Below, piece by piece: positions 9,458-18,321 of a DNA stretch of 64,000 nucleotides (its first letter is position 1; the number at the start of each line of letters is the position of its first letter). The notes beneath the pieces are model-generated. The model made no database searches and was not told where the DNA came from. It saw only the letters and a list, made by a program, of their open reading frames with translations. A program made the translations under genes and the position numbers. Origin of the DNA: a virus (taxonomy: Duplodnaviria > Caudoviricetes); IMG/VR virus record IMGVR_UViG_3300010163_000003, positions 32,001 through 96,000 of that record; one strand, given 5' to 3'.

Positions 9458-10651
9458 ATGTTTGAAATTTCCATTGAGCAATCAGTGTTGGCTAAAGCTA
9501 TAGAGTATTTAGAACCAACTGTAGGTAAGAATACTAAAGGCTTAGGAGATAATTGTATTAGTATGTGTACTACTAACCACAATACTGTCGAATTGTATAC
9601 ACTTAATACAGTTGAATGCACTGCGCTTGAGGCCATTGTATCGTTTAGTTCTGCTCCTAATGAAGTTGCTCCGTATGTAGACTTCAAACGATTCAAGACA
9701 ATAATCTTATCTATTCCTGCTAATGAAATTATATCTATTAAAGAAGGCATTAATAAGATAGACATTTCATTTGGATTAAATAAACGTCCAGTAAGTTTAG
9801 TTGGATGTAATAATGGTATGATACCAAGACCAATGGCTCAGTCTAGTGCTAACGCTAATTGCATTTCTATACCAAAGAATCTTGTACAGCGTACTTTAAC
9901 AAGAGCATGCGCTATTATAACAGATAGCAATTCTGCTCCAATATATAATTGCATTCGTTTTTCTTCTCATATGAATAATATTGAAGCAACTGCTCTTGAT
10001 ATCTCACGTAAGCGTACCTTCGTAGAACACGGTAAAGCTGTATGCAATAATCCTGATGACGAAGTGCTTGTCGAAGCATCTAAACTTAAGAAATCTATGA
10101 AGTTATTTGAAGACTATAACGAAATAGAATTTACCATGGATTGTTCTGTCATACAGCTTAAAGCGGCAGACCCTGTTGCCCAGAATTCTATGAAGACAAA
10201 GGGCATGATAGATAATATCAGATACTTTTGCCAGCGTATCTCAGGTAACTTTCCAAATAATATTGGAAAAAACTTTTCAACATTACCTAATGAATTCATT
10301 GAGCTTAATGTCGATGATATATATAAATGCTTCACCCGCATTAAAGCTATAGAAGACAAGACTAGCGCTGGTGTCATTAATTTTGACGCTAATAACAATG
10401 GTGTTATCATATCTATGAATACAACATGCGGAAATGTAGAGGAAGAAATATCTTCTGTTCAATATACGAATAGTTTATTCAGTGTAAAGTTTAAGTATCC
10501 AGATATTATGGATATCTTAAAGGTAATTGGGACTGGAACATTTGAAATAGGTGTCCTTCCAAAGTACCCTAATAACTATATCGTAAGAGCAACTGGACAA
10601 ACGGATGTCATGTTTACTGTCCCAATCATGGCTGGAGCTAACGCTCCATAA
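9458..10651 (+). CDS. dnaN: DNA polymerase III beta sliding clamp-like protein
   Basis: 397 aa three-domain pattern; ATALDISR, QRISGNFPN (cf. LIDG.FP), terminal VPI; lies next to dnaE. Confidence 0.7.
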   Translation: MFEISIEQSVLAKAIEYLEPTVGKNTKGLGDNCISMCTTNHNTVELYTLNTVECTALEAIVSFSSAPNEVAPYVDFKRFKTIILSIPANEIISIKEGINKIDISFGLNKRPVSLVGCNNGMIPRPMAQSSANANCISIPKNLVQRTLTRACAIITDSNSAPIYNCIRFSSHMNNIEATALDISRKRTFVEHGKAVCNNPDDEVLVEASKLKKSMKLFEDYNEIEFTMDCSVIQLKAADPVAQNSMKTKGMIDNIRYFCQRISGNFPNNIGKNFSTLPNEFIELNVDDIYKCFTRIKAIEDKTSAGVINFDANNNGVIISMNTTCGNVEEEISSVQYTNSLFSVKFKYPDIMDILKVIGTGTFEIGVLPKYPNNYIVRATGQTDVMFTVPIMAGANAP

Positions 10652-10666
10652 CAAATACTATTTACA

Positions 10667-11146
10667 ATGTCAACAAATGCTACGAAAAAGACTATAGTGG
10701 TTTTAGATCCTAGTGGTCTTTTTCTAAGCTTTTGTACTTGGAAGAAAGCATTTAAGTTATTGTGCCGGGGACGGGCCGTTCGCTTGAACGTTAACACCAT
10801 AAAGTTAAACGAAACACCTCAAATGCGGAGACAGCGTAGGCGTAATATCATTCTAAGAGACGGAGACACATGTTACATATGTGGTCAGCGTGTCATTAGA
10901 AAAGGTAATGCAACCATTGACCATGTAGTTCCCAAGTCCAAAAGCAATAAGGCAGACGTATATGGTAATATGAAATGTTGTTGTGATAGATGTAATTCAG
11001 ATAAAGGGAATATGATGCCTTCTGAATACATTAAACATATTCTTGATAATAGAGAACGATATGATTATATATCAGATAAAAGGCTCAAAGATTTATCTCT
11101 GTTGTTTAAAGAATATGAAGAATTATTCACAGAAAAGGAAGAGTAA
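10667..11146 (+). CDS. Free-standing HNH endonuclease
   Basis: RDGDTCYICG, TIDHVVPKS, NMKCCCDRCNSDKG. Confidence 0.88.
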   Translation: MSTNATKKTIVVLDPSGLFLSFCTWKKAFKLLCRGRAVRLNVNTIKLNETPQMRRQRRRNIILRDGDTCYICGQRVIRKGNATIDHVVPKSKSNKADVYGNMKCCCDRCNSDKGNMMPSEYIKHILDNRERYDYISDKRLKDLSLLFKEYEELFTEKEE

Positions 11147-11147
11147 T

Positions 11148-12335
11148 ATGATTGAATATGCTCAACTTCATTGTCATACTAAATATTCTATACAAGATGG
11201 AATGCCATCTCATAAAGATTATGTAGATGCCATTTATAATGCTAATGAAAAGAGTGATAAATATAAATGCGTTGGCTTTGCAGCTACGGATCATGGTGTT
11301 ATCTACGGACTAGCTCAGCAGTATAACGCATGTAATAACCCCGATCATAAAGAACGAATAACTAAAGCTATCTATGGATGTGAAGTATATCACTGTATAG
11401 ATATAAATAATAATCCAAATAAAGATAGGTTCCATCTCGTTCTTCTTGCAAAAAATCAAAAAGGATTAACCAATCTATATCAGATAGTTTCTCATGCAGG
11501 TATGCATCCTATACATGGTAGGTCAAAAGATTTTCCAACTACTGACTTAGAATATATGACTATGCATGGTGAAGGAATCATAGCTCTTACTGCCTGCCTA
11601 GGTGGATTGATACCAAAGTTAATTCAAGCAGGAGATATAACAAAAGCAGAAGGATTTCTTCAATGTATGATGCATATATTTGATGAGGTTTGCTTAGAAG
11701 TACAGCCTCATGATATGCCTGAGCAACTTATGGTTAATCAAACTTTGGTACAGCTATCTAAAAAATATAATCTGAAGTTAGTAATGACTTCTGATAGTCA
11801 CTATATACATGCAAGTGACTCACAGTATCATGACATATTAAAGAACATGTGTCATCAAAAGCCATTCAGTACAAGCAATCATATGTTCTTAGCAGAAGAA
11901 ATGGAACAGTACTGTATTAAAAATAATATTCCATTGGAATGTATATCTAATACTGGATTGATTGCTAAGGAATGTAACGTTGACCCTAAACCTAAAGATA
12001 ATAGAGGATTATTACCTGTATATAAATGTCCTCCAGGGTTTACAGAAGAGACTCTTCTTCGTAAAGTAGCATATGAAGGGCTACAAGAAAAAATGATTAA
12101 GAACAACGTGAGCAATCCCGTAAAATATTTTAAGCAAATGAACTATGAACTTGAAGTAATATGTGGACAAGGATTTGCTAGTTATTTCTTAATCTTATGG
12201 GATTGGTTTCAATGGTGTAGGCAACAAGGCATATTATTAGGCCCAGGACGTGGTAGTGCTGCTGGTAGTATAGTGTCTTATGCATTGAATCTTACGAAAG
12301 TAGACCCAATAAAGAATGAGTTTTATTTTGAGCGT
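11148..12335 (+). CDS. dnaE: DNA polymerase III alpha, exon 1 (PHP domain and start of palm)
   Basis: LHCHTKYS, ATDHG, GCEVY, FHLVLLAKN, TSDSHY, GPGRGSAAGS, ends at FER followed by in-frame TGA at the intron start. Confidence 0.95.
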
Positions 12336-12522
12336 TGAAGAGAGAAGGCGCTCCGAAGCAGGCTATGGCGACCTGTGGACAAAAACTCCGTTAAAAGGGG
12401 AACGAAGCTTTTCAAGCCAATCCCTTACCAAGTCTGTAAAGAAATTTACAGATAGTGTCTAACGACTAGAGTTGAGGCGTTCAGCTAATAATTACTCCAA
12501 GAAAGCGGGGAAACTATAATAC

Positions 12523-12551
12523 TTGACAATATATCTAATAAGTGTTATTAT
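12523..12551 (+). promoter_or_regulatory. SigmaA-type promoter for the intron 1 endonuclease
   Basis: TTGACA-17-TATTAT with TG extension. Confidence 0.75.
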
Positions 12552-12588
12552 TTTGATAGAAATAAGAGACACGAAAGGATTGAGTCAA

Positions 12589-13395
12589 ATGCCATTAAAA
12601 GAAACTTATATTAAACGTGTAAATGGAAAAGAATATTTATGTCATAGAAAATCTTATGAACATCAATGCAAATATTGCAATAAAACTTTTTACAGTCATA
12701 AGAATGTTCAACATTATTGTAGTCGTTCATGTAAATCAAAAGATTATTCATATAAAACTAGAGATAACTTGAACGGGTTCAGTTATAACGATGAATCTTT
12801 CTTTGAAAATAAAATTGATACAGAAAATAAAGCATATGTTCTAGGATTATTTATGGCGGATGGTAGTATTTCTAACAATCAAATATCGATTAGTTTGAAT
12901 GATTTGGATATCATTGAACAAATAAGAGATATGGTAAATCCAAATCGCAAAGTATATCATAATAAAAATTCGCATACCATAGTATGGAGAAATAAAGAAG
13001 ACTTAGACTTCTTAAAATCCATTGGAGTCACCATTAAAAAATCATACGATGCCAGAATATATTTTGGGATACCAAAAGAATTAATGCATCATTATATTCG
13101 TGGATGGTTTGATGGAGATGGTTGCGTATTTCAGAGTAAGACACATGATAAAAAAACTAATAAAGATTATTATTATAATTATGTGTCTTTCACTACTGGC
13201 AGTGTTGATTTCATAAAAGATTTACAAACAGTATTATCTGAAAATGGAATAAGCACAACATATAATGAAGATTGTAGAAAAGCTACATGGTACGTAACTA
13301 TAAAGAAAAAAGGTATGGTACAAAAATTCTTTCAGTATATTTACAAAGATGCTAATATTAAGTTAAATAGAAAGTATTATAAGTTTATGAGATAG
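12589..13395 (+). CDS. Intron-encoded LAGLIDADG homing endonuclease with N-terminal zinc ribbon
   Basis: KAYVLGLFMADG and HYIRGWFDGDG; CKYC...YCSRSC; RBS gaaagga; stop codon lies in the P7 3' strand. Confidence 0.9.
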   Translation: MPLKETYIKRVNGKEYLCHRKSYEHQCKYCNKTFYSHKNVQHYCSRSCKSKDYSYKTRDNLNGFSYNDESFFENKIDTENKAYVLGLFMADGSISNNQISISLNDLDIIEQIRDMVNPNRKVYHNKNSHTIVWRNKEDLDFLKSIGVTIKKSYDARIYFGIPKELMHHYIRGWFDGDGCVFQSKTHDKKTNKDYYYNYVSFTTGSVDFIKDLQTVLSENGISTTYNEDCRKATWYVTIKKKGMVQKFFQYIYKDANIKLNRKYYKFMR

Positions 13396-13483
13396 TCTAA
13401 CCTGGATTGGAATTGACCAATCGATGCAAATGAGTGAGAACTCCAGAGTGCAAGATAAAGAGCTTGCAGCTAATAACAAAATG

Positions 13484-13522
13484 TTTCTTTCTCCTCAACG
13501 AAGAGATTTGCCTGACATTGAT
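13484..13522 (+). CDS. dnaE: dnaE exon 2 (39-nt micro-exon, FLSPQRRDLPDID)
   Basis: Matches the conserved DnaE FLNPER.S.PDID motif; in frame with exons 1 and 3; preceded by intron G and ends in U. Confidence 0.93.
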
Positions 13523-13532
13523 AAATTAAGGG

Positions 13533-13584
13533 TTGCTTAATTTCAAAAGTCATGATATAATTAGCCTATCATTGATACAGATGT
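13533..13584 (+). promoter_or_regulatory. Promoter of the intron 2 endonuclease with an overlapping copy of the exon junction (candidate operator)
   Basis: TTGCTT-17-TATAAT (13533-61) with TG extension; 13560-84 matches ligated exon2/exon3 at 22/25 nt. Confidence 0.75.
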
Positions 13585-13608
13585 CTGTATTATAGAAAGG
13601 TGAATATC

Positions 13609-14496
13609 ATGGCAAAACGTTATGATAAAGAAATTGAAGAAAAAATTGTTGACGCATATAATAGTGGATTGAGTGCATATAAAATTGTAGAAGCAATCCC
13701 TGAATTATATGGCAAGAGACCAAGTGTCATTTACGGTGTGCTTAAAAGATTAGGTATTCAAGTTAGAAGACCTACTATTGTTACTGATGAACAAAAAATT
13801 AAACGTCGTAAGTTTCATGTACAAGATGATTTCTTTTCTGTTATTAATACAGAAGAAAAAGCATATTGGTTAGGATTTATATATGCAGATGGCTATATAA
13901 AAACTAATGCTGATGTTATAGGTATTTCGTTAGCAGAAGCAGACATAAATCATCTTGAAACTTTTAAGCAATCTATAAAGTTTACTGGCAAAGTTAAAAA
14001 ATATGTAGAAACTCAAGGCTATAATGCGGGAGCTACATATGCAAGAATTATAGTAACCAGTAAACAAATGAAAAATGATCTAATAAAACTTGGAGTAAAA
14101 GAAAAGAAAACTAATATATTAACATTTCCTACTGAGGATCAAGTTTCACCTCATCTTTTAAATCATTTCTTAAGAGGATATTTTGATGGTGATGGATGTT
14201 TAACACACCTTAACCAGCGAAAAAGTGGAATATGGGAATGGGCTTTAAAAATAATCGGGACACGCGAAATGTTAGAAGGTTTTCAAAATTTCTTTGGTAA
14301 GCATATAAAATTATATCAACGATTTCCAGAACGCAATGTTAATAACTATAGTTTAGAATACGGTGGAAATCAACAAGTTAAAAAATTCATGGATATGTTA
14401 TATGCTAACGCAACAATTTATCTCAATAGAAAATTCCAAAAATATAAGCAACTTTTGTCGTCCATGGTTGACGCTACAGAAAACCATGGATTATGA
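13609..14496 (+). CDS. Intron-encoded LAGLIDADG homing endonuclease with N-terminal HTH-like segment
   Basis: KAYWLGFIYADG and HFLRGYFDGDG; RBS aaaggtga. Confidence 0.9.
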   Translation: MAKRYDKEIEEKIVDAYNSGLSAYKIVEAIPELYGKRPSVIYGVLKRLGIQVRRPTIVTDEQKIKRRKFHVQDDFFSVINTEEKAYWLGFIYADGYIKTNADVIGISLAEADINHLETFKQSIKFTGKVKKYVETQGYNAGATYARIIVTSKQMKNDLIKLGVKEKKTNILTFPTEDQVSPHLLNHFLRGYFDGDGCLTHLNQRKSGIWEWALKIIGTREMLEGFQNFFGKHIKLYQRFPERNVNNYSLEYGGNQQVKKFMDMLYANATIYLNRKFQKYKQLLSSMVDATENHGL

Positions 14497-14803
14497 ATGC
14501 GGAATTAAGCTGGAACCGAGAGGAACCAGAACCGAAGGCGTAGTTTATAAACTACTAAACCATATAAGTTTTAAACGAAATTGGTAATGTCTGTAATATC
14601 AGACAGTCAGGGGCAACGGGTAGAAGATGAAATAATTCTTCCACGAGACCGCATTAACTTTGTAGCTGAAATAATGAGTTAAAAAGTTACCCTAGCCTGG
14701 GCATGAATTAACATGCCGATAACATAGACTACGAGGAATCTATGAAATGAGGTTATCAAGCCTCCAGAGGATAGGATAAAAAGCCTATCGTTAATAACAA
14801 GCG

Positions 14804-17038
14804 ACAGATGTTCCTCGTGACCGTAGGGCGGAAGCCATTGAATATCTAAAAACTAAGTATGGCGAGGCGAACGTTAGTCAAATAGTAACCTTTGGTGAGT
14901 ATAAAATAAAGAATACTATCAAAGCTATTATGTCTATGCTTGGCTGTAGCTTTCAGGAATCTAATGAAGTTACTAAAAACATACCAGACATTGTAGATGG
15001 CAATGCAGTAACTTATGAACTCATAGAAGATGTAGCATTACATCCTGATAAAGATAAGTATGCTACTATGTCTGAAAGTGATAAAAACAGTCTTGGTAAG
15101 ATATATAATAAACTCAAAGAACTATTTCAAAAGTATCCATTAATATATAGTGGCGTTAAAAATGTTTGTGGATGTCTAGCTAGCACGGGTATTCATGCTG
15201 GTGGTGTAATTATATCCAGCAAACCAATAAATGAAAACGCTGCTATTATTGATGGAGGAGATACAGCGGTACTTCCATTAGTACAGGTAGAGATGACTGA
15301 TTTGGATTTCTTTGGTCTTCTCAAATATGATCTTCTTGGTTTAAAGACTCTTGATGTCATTAAGAAAACCATGGAACTTACTGGTCTTGATTATGACTGG
15401 TATGATTCTGAAGACTTTAGTGATTCTGCTGTATATGATATGTTAAGGAATGGAGAGACTACAGATGTCTTTCAACTCTCTACTTTCACTCCTACCAGTA
15501 TGCTGGTGGATTTTAACGTGCGTGATATTGATGGTATCTGTGCAGTTAATGCCGGAAACAGACCCGGTCCGCTTGAAAAGGATAAGACTAGCGGTAAATC
15601 TATGGTTGACACTCTCGCTGAGCGTACTAGGGTGGGTACTTTTGAAGGATTTCATCCAGATATTGATCCAGTACTTGAGAAGACTATGGGATGTGTCTGG
15701 TATCAAGAACATGTTATTAAGATTGGTCAGATAATGGCTGGATATAATCTCGGTGATGCTGATAGTCGTATTCGTAAAGTATTAGGTAAGAAATTAAAGA
15801 AAAAGATACCTGAAATACGTAATGAATTTATTTATGGTAAAACATCTGTGTATGATGAAGACCATAATGTAATTGGCATTGGTGATTCTCCTTCACCTTA
15901 TTGTGAAGGAAGTCTTGCTAGAGGATATAGCTTAGAACTTTCTGAAAAGATATTTGATATCATGGAAGCCTTCGCTAAGTATTCTTTTAATAGATCCCAT
16001 TCATTTTGTTATGGAGTGTTAGCATATAAGACTGCATGGCTGTCTCTTCATTATCCAGCAGAATTTGCAGTAGCAAACTGTACTATCAATGGAGAAACAG
16101 AAGCTATCACTTCTACTCTTGCTCTTGCAAAACGTCGTAAGATACCTATTCTTCCACCTGATATAAATCATTCACAGATAGGATTCAGCCTTGATAATGG
16201 AGCTATCAGATACGGACTTAAAGCCATTAAAGGTATTGGTAGTTCTGTATTGAACTTCATTGAAAGATATAAAACATTGGACACAGTACCGTTTAAAGAT
16301 TTCGATGATTATTATAATAGGATTCATGACGTAAATAATCCTGTTGTAATACAGTTAATAAATGAAATCAGACAACGTACTGGTAAACAAAGTCCTAATC
16401 CTATGAAGAAGGATGTCGAATTAGCTCTCATATTGTCTGGAGCATTTGATTATTGTGAAAGCAATAGGTACGCTTTGCTTTATCATTATATTGCAGACAT
16501 TCGTAAAGAAAAATCTTGCAAGGTAATGGGCGAAGATATTGATGTTATTGATAAAGATAAATTATCTAAGCAATACAAACGTAAAGTTAAACTTGCTTTA
16601 GAGAAACATTATATGGGTAGTTATATATCTGAACATCCTCTTGACCCATTCCCCTATACTGATTTCGATTCTTGTAAAGAGAATGAGACAATTAAGACTT
16701 CTGGTATTGTTATCAGTGTTTCTTTAAAGCAAACAAAGAAAGGCAGTTCGTTTATATCAATGAGAATTAAGTCTAAAGATGATATAGAAAGAACTGTTAA
16801 TGTGTTTAATGAAAAACAGATTGATTCCATTAAACAAAATGTAAAGAAGAACTCTATTGTGATTGTAACTGGTAAAGTAAGCAAAAAATTTAATAATATT
16901 AATGCTTCTTCTGTGTCGCCTGTCGCATTTAAGAAACAGACTATTGATACAGAACAGCTTGATATCAATGTACAAGATACCAAGCAAGCTCCAGTTATAC
17001 CTCCAGTAGAATCTGTAGGATATGGCAGCATCTTCTGA
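14804..17038 (+). CDS. dnaE: dnaE exon 3 (palm, fingers, HhH, OB); spliced protein 1153 aa
   Basis: TDVPRDRRAEAIEYL in frame with the 14930 ORF; GIHAGGV, KYDLLGL, YSFNRSHS, LPPDINHS, GLKAIKGIG, LEKHYMGSYISEHPL. Confidence 0.95.
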   Translation, partial: TDVPRDRRAEAIEYLKTKYGEANVSQIVTFGEYKIKNTIKAIMSMLGCSFQESNEVTKNIPDIVDGNAVTYELIEDVALHPDKDKYATMSESDKNSLGKIYNKLKELFQKYPLIYSGVKNVCGCLASTGIHAGGVIISSKPINENAAIIDGGDTAVLPLVQVEMTDLDFFGLLKYDLLGLKTLDVIKKTMELTGLDYDWYDSEDFSDSAVYDMLRNGETTDVFQLSTFTPTSMLVDFNVRDIDGICAVNAGNRPGPLEKDKTSGKSMVDTLAERTRVGTFEGFHPDIDPVLEKTMGCVWYQEHVIKIGQIMAGYNLGDADSRIRKVLGKKLKKKIPEIRNEFIYGKTSVYDEDHNVIGIGDSPSPYCEGSLARGYSLELSEKIFDIMEAFAKYSFNRSHSFCYGVLAYKTAWLSLHYPAEFAVANCTINGETEAITSTLALAKRRKIPILPPDINHSQIGFSLDNGAIRYGLKAIKGIGSSVLNFIERYKTLDTVPFKDFDDYYNRIHDVNNPVVIQLINEIRQRTGKQSPNPMKKDVELALILSGAFDYCESNRYALLYHYIADIRKEKSCKVMGEDIDVIDKDKLSKQYKRKVKLALEKHYMGSYISEHPLDPFPYTDFDSCKENETIKTSGIVISVSLKQTKKGSSFISMRIKSKDDIERTVNVFNEKQIDSIKQNVKKNSIVIVTGKVSKKFNNINASSVSPVAFKKQTIDTEQLDINVQDTKQAPVIPPVESVGYGSIF

Positions 17039-17081
17039 TATGTAACTTAACATTGCACCCTCGCCTAAAATATTGTATAAT
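17038..17081 (+). promoter_or_regulatory. SigmaA-type promoter of the ssb-recA-uvrD operon with an overlapping 20-bp motif
   Basis: TTGCAC-17-TATAAT (17053-81); atatgtaacttaacattgca at 17038-57 recurs at 23864. Confidence 0.7.
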
Positions 17082-17107
17082 ATTAATATAAAGGAGTGGG
17101 TGCAATT

Positions 17108-17353
17108 ATGCTTAGTGATGAAGTAATGAATTATATGTTGGCTAAAGCATATAGAGACTCTATAGCAAAGACTAAGCCACCTGTTGTTAAGCGAGACATA
17201 TCAGAAGAAGAAGCCTTACAGATATTTAATGAAATAGTAGAGTTATACAAATCACATAATGTGTCTTATCAGTGTGCTTGTAGGCTTACTATGGCATTGA
17301 ATCATGCATTTCTAACTGGCGCTGTAGAGTTATACGAACGTGAAATGAACTAG
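17108..17353 (+). CDS. Small hypothetical protein
   Basis: ORF directly after the promoter and aaggag RBS. Confidence 0.65.
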   Translation: MLSDEVMNYMLAKAYRDSIAKTKPPVVKRDISEEEALQIFNEIVELYKSHNVSYQCACRLTMALNHAFLTGAVELYEREMN

Positions 17354-17400
17354 CGCTAACGCGCTTATATCGTAATATTATACAAAGGAGAAATAACATT

Positions 17401-17946
17401 ATGATTGGTACAAATAATGTTTGTATGTTCCAAGGTCGTATCACAAAAGATCCAATATATTCTTCGTATACATGCCAAGGACAGCAAGGTCCATACCAGT
17501 TGGATAAAGCGTTATTTACTATTGCAGTGGACCGTCCGCTATCTTCAGACCAGCGCCAAAAGGCAAGGAATGGAGATAAAAGCATTAAGACCGCAGACTT
17601 TGTTCCTGTTTCATTGACAGGATCGCAAGTAGCTACGTTGAAACAATACTTCTTTAAAGGCAAAGGAATTACTGTCCTTGGGCATTATGAAGAATATGTT
17701 ACAAAAGACCCAAATACTGGTGAAAATAAATACGGACATACAATTGTCGCTGAAAGGATAGGCTTCACTGTGCAAGATCCAAAGAACGCACAACAAGGTC
17801 AGCCTCAGCAACAACAGTATCAGCAACCACAACAGCAATATCAGCAACCGCAGGCACAGTATCAACAGCCACAGCAGCCTCAGTTTGGAACACCGCCTCA
17901 GCAAACAAACTTTAGCATGTTTGATGAATCCAATTCTCCGTTTTAA
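17401..17946 (+). CDS. ssb: Single-stranded DNA-binding protein
   Basis: GRITKDP, FTIAVDR, TADFVP, KGKGITVLG; Q/P-rich linker; acidic tail ending PF. Confidence 0.92.
   Translation: MIGTNNVCMFQGRITKDPIYSSYTCQGQQGPYQLDKALFTIAVDRPLSSDQRQKARNGDKSIKTADFVPVSLTGSQVATLKQYFFKGKGITVLGHYEEYVTKDPNTGENKYGHTIVAERIGFTVQDPKNAQQGQPQQQQYQQPQQQYQQPQAQYQQPQQPQFGTPPQQTNFSMFDESNSPF
17799..17900 (+). repeat. Imperfect tandem repeat encoding (QQQYQQP)n in the SSB linker
   Basis: cagcaacaacagtat/cagcaaccacaacagcaatat/cagcaaccgcaggcacagtat units. Confidence 0.7.
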
Positions 17947-17958
17947 GGAGGTATAACA

Positions 17959-18321
17959 ATGGAAAGTAGTAAGGCCGCTGGAGCTAAGGAAGCAGTAAGT
18001 ACAATGATGTTTTACTATTTGTCATCTCTTATAGGTACACAAGAAGATCCTAAACAATATATAGCTGGCGAACTTGGAAACATGATTGGGCTGACAGAAG
18101 ATCAAATAGCTTATGTACGTTCAACGATCAATACTGACAATAAAATTATCAGCAGTCTTCAGACTTCCATTGATTTATTAAATAACATGTTAGAGTCTAA
18201 AAAAATAGACATAGACTCTATGAATATTGTTATTGAAATCATGAAAACATTAAAGGCAGAGTGTACAAAAGCTATTACTAAATATATAGGTGAAGAGTCT
18301 GATGACATGGAGGAATCATGA
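17959..18321 (+). CDS. Hypothetical protein
   Basis: 120 aa, RBS aaggaggt. Confidence 0.7.
   Translation: MESSKAAGAKEAVSTMMFYYLSSLIGTQEDPKQYIAGELGNMIGLTEDQIAYVRSTINTDNKIISSLQTSIDLLNNMLESKKIDIDSMNIVIEIMKTLKAECTKAITKYIGEESDDMEES

Larger units (their letters stand above)
12336..13483 (+). mobile_element. Group I intron 1 in dnaE (1148 nt), endonuclease ORF in L8
   Basis: P1 exon GAGCGU pairs with GCGCUC (12348-53) via U.G; 9-bp P10 AGAGAGAAG (12339-47) with exon 2 UUUCUUUCU; P7 GACUA (12464-68)/UAGUC (13393-97); P8 12511-24/13372-86; terminal G 13483; splicing restores FER-FLSP. Confidence 0.92.
13523..14803 (+). mobile_element. Group I intron 2 in dnaE (1281 nt), endonuclease ORF 5' of the catalytic core
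   Basis: P3 AAUGCGG (14496-502)/CCGCAUU (14649-55); P7 GGGUA (14618-22)/UACCC (14688-92); 3' hairpin plus taataacaa..G like intron 1; splicing restores PDID-TDV; P1 partner ambiguous. Confidence 0.88.

Noticed and set aside
11043-11147. Upstream TTG/GTG extensions in the ORF track (11043, 12523, 20634, 26504, 50759, 58797)
   Set aside because: They overlap neighbouring genes or promoter -35 boxes; downstream ATGs have proper RBSs
12336-12338. Stop-codon reassignment (TGA/TAG) as seen in some gut phages
   Set aside because: Long genes are intact under code 11, and TGA/TAG end many genes at expected positions
12336-14803. Inteins, a split intein or pseudogenisation as the cause of dnaE fragmentation
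   Set aside because: In-frame stops follow the exons, there are no C/S...HN intein ends, and group I P1/P7/P10/terminal-G features restore the frame exactly
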